Assembly (NCBI GenBank): GCA_965230905.1
Contig: OZ246396.1
Location: 570,001 to 602,000, forward strand
Length of the DNA stretch: 32,000 nt
From: Candidatus Saccharimonadota bacterium
GTDB lineage: Bacteria > Patescibacteriota > Gracilibacteria > UBA1369 > 2-02-FULL-48-14
Reading direction: 5' to 3'
Below are positions 17,362-25,288 of the stretch, piece by piece. Under the pieces are notes generated by a model that was not told the origin of the DNA, did not search any database, and saw nothing but the letters and a program-made list of their open reading frames with translations. The translations under genes and the position numbers were made by a program. Numbering within the stretch: position 1 is the stretch's first letter; every line of letters starts with the position of its first letter.

Positions 17362-17470
17362 ATCTTTTTCGCTCGGAATTCTATTTCTCCTCCTCAGCGG
17401 CTGCGGCCAAAAGGAGGAGATTTCAATTGTGCTACAGAATGATTTGAAGAGGTTCCTGTTTACGCGATAG
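17345..17470 (+). CDS. Candidate 41-aa mini-lipoprotein (below the ORF-track size cut-off)
   Basis: The ATG at 17345 overlaps the end of the upstream gene by 17 nt in another frame. It gives MERFVKSFSLGILFLLLSGCGQKEEISIVLQNDLKRFLFTR*, a textbook lipobox (LLSGC) with only 22 residues after the Cys. It could be a gene remnant. Confidence 0.35.
   Translation: MERFVKSFSLGILFLLLSGCGQKEEISIVLQNDLKRFLFTR
17386..17420 (+). terminator. Hairpin downstream of the 576-aa gene (weak terminator candidate)
   Basis: TCTCCTCCT (17386..17394) pairs with AGGAGGAGA (17412..17420): a 9-bp stem with a 17-nt loop, followed by TTTCAATT, which is only a weak T tract. It lies inside the candidate mini-lipoprotein ORF. 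Confidence 0.25.
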
Positions 17471-17510
17471 CGGATGGTGTGGTGGTGCGGCAGGGTTGGG
17501 TGGATGGAAC

Positions 17511-19511
17511 CTAGTGTTTTTTTGAGTTCCTATTGAAGAACGCGGTGCTGATGAGCAGCGCGCCGATGAGGAAAAAGGTGATGACCTTGGCGCCAATGGC
17601 CATTTCCCAAACGTCCACAAGCAGCAGGCGCGCCACTACACAACCGATGAGTAGGCCTCCGACGATGCGGCTGGCTTTTTCATTCTGTATGGCTCCACGA
17701 ATGTTGAAGTAGAGGCCCGCCAGCGTGTAGATGCCCAGCGATACGGTGATGTGCAGATTGGGATTTTGAATGAGCGCATCTGAGGAAAGCCATACCAGCA
17801 TCATGGCGTAGAGGCCGCTGAGTATGAAATAAGGCAGGGCGAATTCGTCTTTGTAACGGCGCAGGAGTAGGCCGATGCCCAAGGTGACCAGCACGAAGCT
17901 GAGCAAAGCGGCGAAGTGCGTGTGAAGAATGCTGCCATCCGGCCAGCCACTAGAATCCATGTTCATGCTTAGAGCGGGAAGGAGCATGGCAGGCAGCAGG
18001 CGGCTCACGAGTCTATCTTTAAAGAGGTACGCCAGCACGGCCATGAATGGCACTATGATCGCCATGAAAATAAGATTTCTTGCCCCCGCGTCCAAGATAA
18101 ACATTTGCACGGCCAGTAGGGTGAGGGCCACGCTTTGCAGCCCCATGATCACGAAGAAAACAAGATGACGTTTTTTATTGCTGTGGAGGAAATAGCTGAG
18201 GGCTAGGAATACCGCGACTTGCGATACCAGTGATAGGAAGTGTAGGTCCAGGAAAAGATTTCGGTTCCATAGGGAGCTTTCGTAACTGGGACTTCCACAG
18301 AGCAGTGCGGGTAGGAGCAAGGGAGAAAGTTTGAGCGCGAGTTTGGGATCCTTTGTCGCGAAAACCGCCAGAGCCAGCAGGGCCGCCGCGCCCCAGGTGA
18401 GGGCCAGCGTGAGTGGTGCGTTTTGCCACTGAATTAGGGCTGCGCACATGAACACCACTGCGGCGGTCACGTAGTACACATATAGGATTTTTTCTTGTTT
18501 TTTTATGCGGCGGTAAAGCGCGTGAGTGAGCGCTAGCAGCAGGACTCCCATTCCAGCAAAAGTGAGGCTTGCCCAGTCCGTGGGCACCATCTCATACATC
18601 CAAACCAGCAGAAGAAAACCGGTTCCAATAGCGGTGGCCATTTCGGTTCCGGACGAGCGCTTGGCCTTCCAAATGCCCAGAACATTGCTGAGATAAAAAA
18701 GCCCGATGAAGGTGGAGGCAAAGACGAGTCCAATGGTTTTTTCGGAGTCGGTTATGGGGGCGCTGCCGCTGTAAAAAAAGATCACCAGGAAGCTCAGCAG
18801 TGTGAGCACTTTCCAGCCGGACTTGTACGCCACGGTGAGCGTGCCGAGCGTGAGTACGAGCAAGTAGGAAAAGAGTCCGAAGTAATCGGGGGCCGGCGAG
18901 TTGATGAGCAGGGGAGCGAGTGCGCCCATGGCGAGACCCGTGACGGAGAGCGCGAGATTTTTGTGACGAAGGCTGGAGAGGCTCATCCACACGACTGGGA
19001 TGAACATGCCAAGTAGGGCGGTGAGGGGAGTGAAGAAGTTGTATACGTTGCGGGCGGCGAAGAGGGACACCAGCACCGTGGCGGCGCCGAGCGCCAAGAA
19101 AACGGCTCCTTGGCCCGCGTACTTTTTAATGCGCCATTCCCCCAGAATCATGATCAGTGCACCGGTGCCGAGTCCCAGCAGAATGCGGCCCATTGGTCCA
19201 ATCCAGTTATTGACGAAGGCGTAGGAAGTGAGCCATGCAAAGGCCAGTAGAATCAAAAAAGCTCCGAGTTTCATTGGCCAATCTGTGCTCAGCCATTTCC
19301 ATAGGCCGCTTGGTTTTGCAGCTTTGCTGCGACTGCGCAGGGCGGGGGCGCTTTTAGCCAGGCGTGGTTCGCGCGGCAATTGGATGCGCTCTGGTTTGCC
19401 GGACGACTTGCCGGCGGATTTTCCGTCTAAGCGGTTTTGAATTCCGCCAATACGAATATGCGCTGCTACTACAAGAATAAGGAGCAGGAAAATAACGAGA
19501 GAAGAATCCAT
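17511..19511 (-). CDS. Large polytopic membrane protein, DUF2339-like
   Basis: 666 aa with about 20 predicted TM helices. The N-terminal TM, a basic Lys/Arg/Ser linker, then WKWLSTDWPMKLGAFLILLAFAWLTSYAF...GPMGRILLGLGTGALIMILGEW is the pattern I associate with DUF2339. Confidence 0.7.
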   Translation of the reverse strand: MDSSLVIFLLLILVVAAHIRIGGIQNRLDGKSAGKSSGKPERIQLPREPRLAKSAPALRSRSKAAKPSGLWKWLSTDWPMKLGAFLILLAFAWLTSYAFVNNWIGPMGRILLGLGTGALIMILGEWRIKKYAGQGAVFLALGAATVLVSLFAARNVYNFFTPLTALLGMFIPVVWMSLSSLRHKNLALSVTGLAMGALAPLLINSPAPDYFGLFSYLLVLTLGTLTVAYKSGWKVLTLLSFLVIFFYSGSAPITDSEKTIGLVFASTFIGLFYLSNVLGIWKAKRSSGTEMATAIGTGFLLLVWMYEMVPTDWASLTFAGMGVLLLALTHALYRRIKKQEKILYVYYVTAAVVFMCAALIQWQNAPLTLALTWGAAALLALAVFATKDPKLALKLSPLLLPALLCGSPSYESSLWNRNLFLDLHFLSLVSQVAVFLALSYFLHSNKKRHLVFFVIMGLQSVALTLLAVQMFILDAGARNLIFMAIIVPFMAVLAYLFKDRLVSRLLPAMLLPALSMNMDSSGWPDGSILHTHFAALLSFVLVTLGIGLLLRRYKDEFALPYFILSGLYAMMLVWLSSDALIQNPNLHITVSLGIYTLAGLYFNIRGAIQNEKASRIVGGLLIGCVVARLLLVDVWEMAIGAKVITFFLIGALLISTAFFNRNSKKH

Positions 19512-19559
19512 GGAGGTGGCGTGAGAGTACTTAATTTATACGCTGCCATTCTGCAAAGC

Positions 19560-21881
19560 TCAAGTTGTCTCTTTATCGGGTGGAATGCTGTAGTAGTCGA
19601 AAAGGAATTCTATGATTTTGTGGAAGACTTGCCCGGACGTTCCTTCGGCCCACTCGGTGGAACGGGGGCGATCCATTTTCACTAAGATCAGGAATTCAGG
19701 ATCGTCGATGGGACCGTAACCCATGAAAGTGGTCATAGTGGTTCCGGCGCCACTCAGCACTCGATTGCCTTTGTAAGTTTGGGCGGTCCCGGATTTACCG
19801 GCGATGTAGTGCTCGTCCAGGGCGATTTTGGAGGTGTACTGACCCACCACGGAGGTGAGCATGGCCGTGACCGTTTGCGCGGTTTCGGGCTTGAGGGTTT
19901 GTGCTACAACCTGAGGTTCAAATTCCTCCACGGTGCCATCGGCGTACTCGATTTTTTTAACCAGATACGGCTGCATCATGGTTCCGTCGTTGGCCAGGGA
20001 GGTGTAGGCCTGAATGAGTTGCAGCGGGGTCATGGAAATACCTTGTCCGAAGGATTTGGTCACCATTTCGGATTCGCTCCAGCCGTCGTAGTGCTCCACG
20101 TCTCCTTGCACTTCGTCGTCCAGGCCCAGGCCGGTTTTTTGCAAAAGTCCGTAGCCCTTGATGTAGGAATAAAAGAGCGCCGCGCCCAGTTTTTTAGAAA
20201 TGAAGGTCATACCCGTGTTGCAAGAGTGTTCGAGCACTTGGGTCATGGTTTCAAAGCCGTGGTATTGCCTGTTGAAGGTCTCAATGTAGTAGTCGTATTC
20301 TTCGGTGTAGACATTGAAGTCCACTCCAATGGGTCCGCTGTCCATAAAGGTGGTGGACGCGGTGATTTCGCCTGCGTTGATGGCGGCGGCGGCCACGAGG
20401 GGTTTGAATACGGATCCGGGCTCGTACACCTCCTGAATCATTTTGTTCTTGTATACTTCAGGGCCCCACTGATTTTTGTAGGAATAGTATTTGCCGGGCA
20501 CTTCGGGGTCGGGGAAGATCTCGATGCGCAGATCGGGCTCCACGGTGAGGTAGAACCAGTAGCGCGGATTTTCTTCGGTGCCGGTTTTCACCAGGAATTC
20601 TTTTTTGTCGTCGGGAATTTCCAGGGTTACTTTTTCGAGCACGTCTCCAAAGCTGTTGGGGTTGAAAGTGGGGTACTGGGCCATGGCCAAAATGGCGCCG
20701 GTGCTGGGGTTTATCACAATGGCCTGTGCGCTGTCCGGTCGATATTCTTCCACTCCGGCTTGGAGAAATTCTTCCACTTTGGTTTGGATGGCGCGGTCTA
20801 TGGTCAAGGTGATGTCCGCTCCGTCCACTGCGTCTTCAATGATGCTGTCACCCACGGTGATTTGGTTTCCGTTGGCGTCTATTTTGGAGGTGAAAATTCC
20901 ATCCGTTCCTTGGAGGATTTCGTCAAAAGTGCCTTCGATTCCATATTGTCCACCGTCGCCGTTCACGTAGCCCAGCACTTGGGCGGCCAAGTCTTGTTCG
21001 GGGTAGAAACGGTAGTATTCATCCACCAAACGGATTCCCAAAAAAGCGGGATCTATAGGTTTGTCGGTGCTTTGAGAAACGGCTTTGGCGTCGGCCAAAT
21101 CTTGCTTTAGGATTTCTTCAATCTGCACGGAAATGGCCGGGTCGAGTTTGCGGCGCAGCACCACGTAACGGTTGTTTCCTTTCAGCACGGTCTCCAGGTT
21201 TTCCTCGTCCCAATCCAGCGCCGCGCCCAGGATTTGAGCGGTCTCTTTTTTATCGTTGATTTTGGCTGGGTAAGCGTAGATATCTCCGTCGCTGGTCACT
21301 TCAATCCCCTCCAAACGCAGGTCTTTTACTTCAGTTTGTGTGTCTACATCCTGGCCTTCTAAGAGCAACACAATATCGCGGGTTTGATCACCCAAAATAT
21401 TCGTCAGCGTTTCTTTATAGTCGGTAAAAAGTTCCTCATCGGTTTTTAGAGCCAACTTGCTCAGGGCTTCTGCTTTCAGCACTTCACTTTCTATTTTATT
21501 AATGATTTCGAATTCTTCTTCGTGTCGTTTTTGGTCCAGTTCTTTTTCCGTTTCCAGATCAAACAAAAGGGGAGCGAGGGTGTCTGCCACCAGGGTCGGA
21601 TCGCTTTTCTCCACAATAAGTATGGGGTCGGCAAAAACCATTGCGAGGGTGGTGTTGGTCGCCAGGCTGTAGCTTTCGCCGCTGTGGTAGTCCTCAATCA
21701 AAATTTCTCCACGGCGGGAGGGCAGGGTGGTGTATCCGTACTGCTCGTCTTGAGCAATGCCTTCGTAGTAGCCGTGGGCAATCACCTGCAAATAAAACAG
21801 ACGAATAATGATGAGGCCGGTTACTAGGTAAACGGCTAGGAAAAGAGCACTGAGCCGGCTGAGACTGATGCGGGATTCCAT
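19560..21881 (-). CDS. Class B penicillin-binding protein (PBP2/FtsI-type transpeptidase) with insertions
   Basis: 773 aa with an N-terminal TM anchor. Transpeptidase motifs: SxxK (YEPGSVFKP), SxN (HSCNTG), KSG (AGKSGTAQ). Longer than typical PBPs because of acidic insertions. Confidence 0.9.
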   Translation of the reverse strand: MESRISLSRLSALFLAVYLVTGLIIIRLFYLQVIAHGYYEGIAQDEQYGYTTLPSRRGEILIEDYHSGESYSLATNTTLAMVFADPILIVEKSDPTLVADTLAPLLFDLETEKELDQKRHEEEFEIINKIESEVLKAEALSKLALKTDEELFTDYKETLTNILGDQTRDIVLLLEGQDVDTQTEVKDLRLEGIEVTSDGDIYAYPAKINDKKETAQILGAALDWDEENLETVLKGNNRYVVLRRKLDPAISVQIEEILKQDLADAKAVSQSTDKPIDPAFLGIRLVDEYYRFYPEQDLAAQVLGYVNGDGGQYGIEGTFDEILQGTDGIFTSKIDANGNQITVGDSIIEDAVDGADITLTIDRAIQTKVEEFLQAGVEEYRPDSAQAIVINPSTGAILAMAQYPTFNPNSFGDVLEKVTLEIPDDKKEFLVKTGTEENPRYWFYLTVEPDLRIEIFPDPEVPGKYYSYKNQWGPEVYKNKMIQEVYEPGSVFKPLVAAAAINAGEITASTTFMDSGPIGVDFNVYTEEYDYYIETFNRQYHGFETMTQVLEHSCNTGMTFISKKLGAALFYSYIKGYGLLQKTGLGLDDEVQGDVEHYDGWSESEMVTKSFGQGISMTPLQLIQAYTSLANDGTMMQPYLVKKIEYADGTVEEFEPQVVAQTLKPETAQTVTAMLTSVVGQYTSKIALDEHYIAGKSGTAQTYKGNRVLSGAGTTMTTFMGYGPIDDPEFLILVKMDRPRSTEWAEGTSGQVFHKIIEFLFDYYSIPPDKETT

Positions 21882-21984
21882 ATTGAGTCGCTTGCGCGAC
21901 GGCTTTTAATAGGCACTAAAGCGCCTAGACTTCGATCTTACCTTTTGCTAGCATCTCCGCGCAATACTTTTCCTAGGCCAACTT

Positions 21985-23250
21985 ATGCATCGAAAAACAA
22001 CTCTTTCCAATGGCATGCGTGTCATTACGGATCGTATTCAAGGCACCCAAGCGGTGACCGCACTTGTGCTGGTTAAAGCCGGTTCACGTTACGAGCACAA
22101 ACAGATCAACGGGATCTCTCACTTTTTGGAACACATGTTCTTTAAAGGAGCGAATCGCTACAAAAATGCGAAGGCCGTTTCTGAGGCCATCGACAGTGTG
22201 GGCGGCGAATTCAATGCCTTCACTTCTAAAGAATACGCGGGTTACTACGTTAAGACGGCGGCGCAAAATATGCGACTCGCCATGGACGTGCTCTCGGACA
22301 TGATGCTGAACGCGCGCTTCGACCAAGAGGAAATTGAAAAGGAACGCGGTGTGATTATGGAAGAATTCAACATGTATCAAGACACGCCGATGTACCAAGT
22401 GGCCTGGAATTTTGAACGCGGGATGTTCGGGGATCAGCCGATTGGGTGGGACGAGGTGGGGACGAAGGATGTGATCAAGGCACTGCAACGCGATGATTTT
22501 GTTGCTTACAAGGAATCTTTGTACGTGCCGGAGGCTATGGTGATTTCGCTCGCAGGAGCGGTGGATCACGACGAAGTGGTGGCTATGGTGCAGGAACTTT
22601 TCCCCATGGAAGCGCGCAAGGCGACTGGCAAATTCCTTCCTTTCGAAGCAGGGTTGCCGACTCGTCAACGAGTTTCTTTTCAAACCAAAAAAACAGAACA
22701 AGCGCACGTGGTGTGTGGAGTGCCCGGTTACCCAGAAGAACATCCTGATCACTACGTTCTCAAGGTTCTTTCCTCTATTTTAGGAGGCAATATGAGCAGC
22801 CGTATGTTCTTGGCGGTGCGTGAAGAAAAAGGCCTCGCGTACTACATTTCTTCTGGAACGGAAGATTATTTGGATACCGGAACTTTCTACACTCGCGCCG
22901 GGGTGGACGTGACTCGAATCAAAGACGCGATTAAGGCGATTGTGGAAGAATACAAAAAGATCGCTGGGGAAGTGGTGCCGGAGAGCGAACTCAAAAAAGC
23001 CAAGGAATTTTTGAAAGGAAAACTCGTACTTTCTTTGGAAGATAGCGAAAGCGTGGCGCAAATGCACGCCCTCAATGAACTCCTTTACGACAAGATCAAA
23101 ACGCTCGCCGACATTTCTGCCAATATCGATAAAGTGACGGCAGCCGATGTGCAGCGTGTGGCCGAAAATATTCTCAAAGAAGACCTCATTCAACTCGCCG
23201 TGATTGGTCCTTACGAGGACAAGGCGGAGTTTGAAGCTTTACTCAACTAA
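21985..23250 (+). CDS. M16 family (pitrilysin/insulinase-type) zinc peptidase
   Basis: 421 aa. Inverted zinc motif HxxEH in GISHFLEHMFFKG, with the downstream EY/E region (FTSKEYAGYY) and the two-domain M16 length. Confidence 0.9.
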   Translation: MHRKTTLSNGMRVITDRIQGTQAVTALVLVKAGSRYEHKQINGISHFLEHMFFKGANRYKNAKAVSEAIDSVGGEFNAFTSKEYAGYYVKTAAQNMRLAMDVLSDMMLNARFDQEEIEKERGVIMEEFNMYQDTPMYQVAWNFERGMFGDQPIGWDEVGTKDVIKALQRDDFVAYKESLYVPEAMVISLAGAVDHDEVVAMVQELFPMEARKATGKFLPFEAGLPTRQRVSFQTKKTEQAHVVCGVPGYPEEHPDHYVLKVLSSILGGNMSSRMFLAVREEKGLAYYISSGTEDYLDTGTFYTRAGVDVTRIKDAIKAIVEEYKKIAGEVVPESELKKAKEFLKGKLVLSLEDSESVAQMHALNELLYDKIKTLADISANIDKVTAADVQRVAENILKEDLIQLAVIGPYEDKAEFEALLN

Positions 23251-23267
23251 TTCTTAACCAAACTTTT

Positions 23268-23732
23268 ATGATGGAACGCACCCTAGTACTCATCAAACCA
23301 GACGGAATCCAACGTGGACTCGCTGGAAAAATCATCACTCGATTCGAAGAAAAAGGACTTAAAATGATTGGATGCAAAATGATGGCGCTGGATGAAGCGG
23401 TTCTCCGCGAACACTACGCGCACATTGCCGACAAGCCGTTTTTCCCTGGTGTGGCTAAGTTCATGAGCAGTTCACCGGTGCTCGCTATGTGTTGGGAAGG
23501 GGTTGAATGTGTCGAGGCCGTCCGTCTGATCACGGGGGTTACCAAGGCTCGCCAAGCGGACGCCGGAACCATTCGTGGAGACTTTGCTATGAGCGTGTCT
23601 TGCAACGTGATTCACACCTCCGATTCAGTGGAAACCGCTGAAAAAGAAGTGCCTCGTTTCTTCAACCCAGACGATTTATACGACTACAACAAAGGTGAAT
23701 ACGAACACGTCTACAACGACGAGGAACGTTAA
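23268..23732 (+). CDS. ndk: Nucleoside diphosphate kinase
   Basis: ERTLVLIKPDGIQRGLAGKIITRFEEKGLKMIGCKMM...YAHIADKPFFPG...GTIRGDFA...NVIHTSDS (active-site His) is a canonical Ndk. Confidence 0.95.
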   Translation: MMERTLVLIKPDGIQRGLAGKIITRFEEKGLKMIGCKMMALDEAVLREHYAHIADKPFFPGVAKFMSSSPVLAMCWEGVECVEAVRLITGVTKARQADAGTIRGDFAMSVSCNVIHTSDSVETAEKEVPRFFNPDDLYDYNKGEYEHVYNDEER

Positions 23733-23744
23733 AGCTTAAAAGCT

Positions 23745-24503
23745 ATGACGGTTTTCATGGGAGTTCTCAATGTGACGCCGAATAGTTTCTCTGATGGAGG
23801 GCGTTTTAAGGAGCACGGCGGTGCGGATGATGTGGTGAAGGTTGCTTTGGAAATGCTGGCGGACGGCGCGGAGATTTTAGATATTGGGGGGGAGTCCACA
23901 GGGCCGGGGAGCACGGACGTTACGGTGGAAGAAGAGTTGGCGCGGGTGATCCCGGTGATTCAGCGGATTCGGGCGGCGGCGCCGGATGCTATTCTTTCTA
24001 TAGATACCTGGAAAAGTGAGGTGGCGGAGGCGGCTTTGCGCGCGGGTGCGAACTGGGTGAATGATGTGACGGCGGGCCGGGGCGATGAGCGGATTTTTGA
24101 GGTGGCGGCGAAGGCGGGTGCGCCCATGGTTCTGATGTATTCTAAGCAAAATAGCCCGCGCACGGACCGTGAAATGGTGCAGTACGACGATGTGATGAAA
24201 ACCGTGAAGGATTTTTTACGCGAGCGGGTGGCGCTGGCGCTGGCGGCAGGAGTGAAAGAGATTATTGTGGACCCGGGGATGGGAGCTTTTGTGAGCGGGG
24301 AGCCGGCCTATAGCTTTGAGATTTTGGAGCGCATTGAAGAGTTGCGCGAGTTGGGTTGTCCGATTCTGGTTGGAACCTCACGGAAGGGCTTTTTAGGGGA
24401 CGACCGTTTGGGCATGACGCTGCTCACGACTTTGCAGCTGGCTGGACGCGTGGATTATTTGCGTGTGCACGATGTGACGGAGAATGCTACGGCTACTGAC
24501 TAA
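23745..24503 (+). CDS. folP: Dihydropteroate synthase
   Basis: VFMGVLNVTPNSFSDGGRF...ILDIGGESTGPG...ILSIDT...WVNDV...VVLMY...IIVDPGMGAF...ILVGTSRKGF...YLRVHDV is a canonical pterin-binding DHPS. Confidence 0.93.
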   Translation: MTVFMGVLNVTPNSFSDGGRFKEHGGADDVVKVALEMLADGAEILDIGGESTGPGSTDVTVEEELARVIPVIQRIRAAAPDAILSIDTWKSEVAEAALRAGANWVNDVTAGRGDERIFEVAAKAGAPMVLMYSKQNSPRTDREMVQYDDVMKTVKDFLRERVALALAAGVKEIIVDPGMGAFVSGEPAYSFEILERIEELRELGCPILVGTSRKGFLGDDRLGMTLLTTLQLAGRVDYLRVHDVTENATATD

Positions 24504-25045
24504 GATTTTAGATAATCTTTTTCAAGCAGTAAAAACTTTTCTTCGGAAAATTGATAAATGCCAATTACAATTTGTTCCCCAGTTTTTTCTTGTTCGAGTA
24601 GTACCAACTCTTTGCAGTCGAAAAGTATTGTTGGGAAATCGTTCATGTCACACGAGGCAATATACAGGCCTGAATCCCGATAGTGCTTTGCTTCTGCCCA
24701 GATGACACTGTCCACCAGGGAGATTTTCCCTGAATGATTTTTACATTTAGAATAGTAAACTGAAGAAAGGTGACACGCTTCATCGATTAGGTTTTGTCTT
24801 TCAGGAGGAAGCTGAGTTAAATTCGTAAGTCCGTTGAGCAATTCCTCTTTTACTTTTTTGGAATTTTGACTGTTGGCTCCTCGTAGGAATTCAGCTTTGA
24901 TGTAGGCATTGATCGTTAGATTCACTTGTAGTGACTCTAGTCTGTTCAAAAAAACAGTCATACTTTTAAAGTACGACTCCTGTGACATATAAGCCAGAAC
25001 GTTTGTATCTAGTAAGAGACTTTTATTTTCTAAAAAATCGATCAT
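24500..25045 (-). CDS. PIN-domain protein (VapC-like toxin candidate) with C-terminal extension
   Basis: The internal ATG at 25045 gives MIDFLENKSLLLDTNVLAY (first acidic PIN residue). Later residues: IKAEFLRG (Glu), ISLVDSVIWAEAKHY (Asp), IASCDMNDFP (Asp). 181 aa, about 33-37% GC by hand count. The track ORF extends to 25147. Confidence 0.72.
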   Translation of the reverse strand: MIDFLENKSLLLDTNVLAYMSQESYFKSMTVFLNRLESLQVNLTINAYIKAEFLRGANSQNSKKVKEELLNGLTNLTQLPPERQNLIDEACHLSSVYYSKCKNHSGKISLVDSVIWAEAKHYRDSGLYIASCDMNDFPTILFDCKELVLLEQEKTGEQIVIGIYQFSEEKFLLLEKDYLKS

Positions 25046-25178
25046 AGTAAGGTTCTTCTGCCATCTGTTTACTGGCTTTTTTAACGACGCTCTCCATAAG
25101 CTTTGCATCCCAAACCACGCCTTTTTTTTGTCTAAAAAAGTTTTCACTGCGTTCTGCTAGCTTGTCTTTTGTCTGCAT
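25023..25178 (-). CDS. Candidate 51-aa antitoxin-position ORF upstream of the PIN gene
   Basis: Reverse-strand ATG at 25178 gives MQTKDKLAERSENFFRQKKGVVWDAKLMESVVKKASKQMAEEPYYDRFFRK*. It overlaps the PIN start by 23 nt in another frame. No recognisable antitoxin fold motif, and it is below the ORF-track cut-off. Confidence 0.3.
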   Translation of the reverse strand: MQTKDKLAERSENFFRQKKGVVWDAKLMESVVKKASKQMAEEPYYDRFFRK

Positions 25179-25274
25179 TGCTGGAAGATTAATAACACTC
25201 TCATTTTAAGCTAATTTTTCCCAAAAGCCAGCCTTCTATTTTGCTTGAAACTTGTTTGATGGTCTATATCTCCC

Positions 25275-25280
25275 TATAAT
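25275..25280 (+). promoter_or_regulatory. -10 hexamer TATAAT 8 nt upstream of the PTPS ATG (possible leaderless or near-leaderless transcript)
   Basis: TTGTTT (25252..25257), a 17-nt spacer, TATAAT (25275..25280), then gctcgtct-ATG (25289). No SD motif. Confidence 0.35.
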
Positions 25281-25288
25281 GCTCGTCT

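Noticed and set aside
17412-17440. AGGAGGAGA followed by a TTG/ATG, as a possible SD-driven small gene
   Set aside because: The downstream frames terminate after 3-7 codons. The purine run is better explained as the 3' arm of the 17386..17420 hairpin.
21882-21984. Small inverted repeats (GTCGC-TTGC-GCGAC; TAGGC-N8-GCCTA) in the divergent PBP/M16 intergenic region, as possible operators
   Set aside because: The arms are only 5 bp, and such matches are expected by chance in 100 nt. There are no supporting promoter elements or repeats elsewhere in the window.
25179-25288. preQ1 or THF riboswitch upstream of the QueD/PTPS-family gene
   Set aside because: The -10 box lies only 8 nt from the ATG, leaving no room for an aptamer in the 5' UTR. 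I see no preQ1-like stem plus A-rich tail, nor THF-like conserved elements, in the 110-nt spacer.
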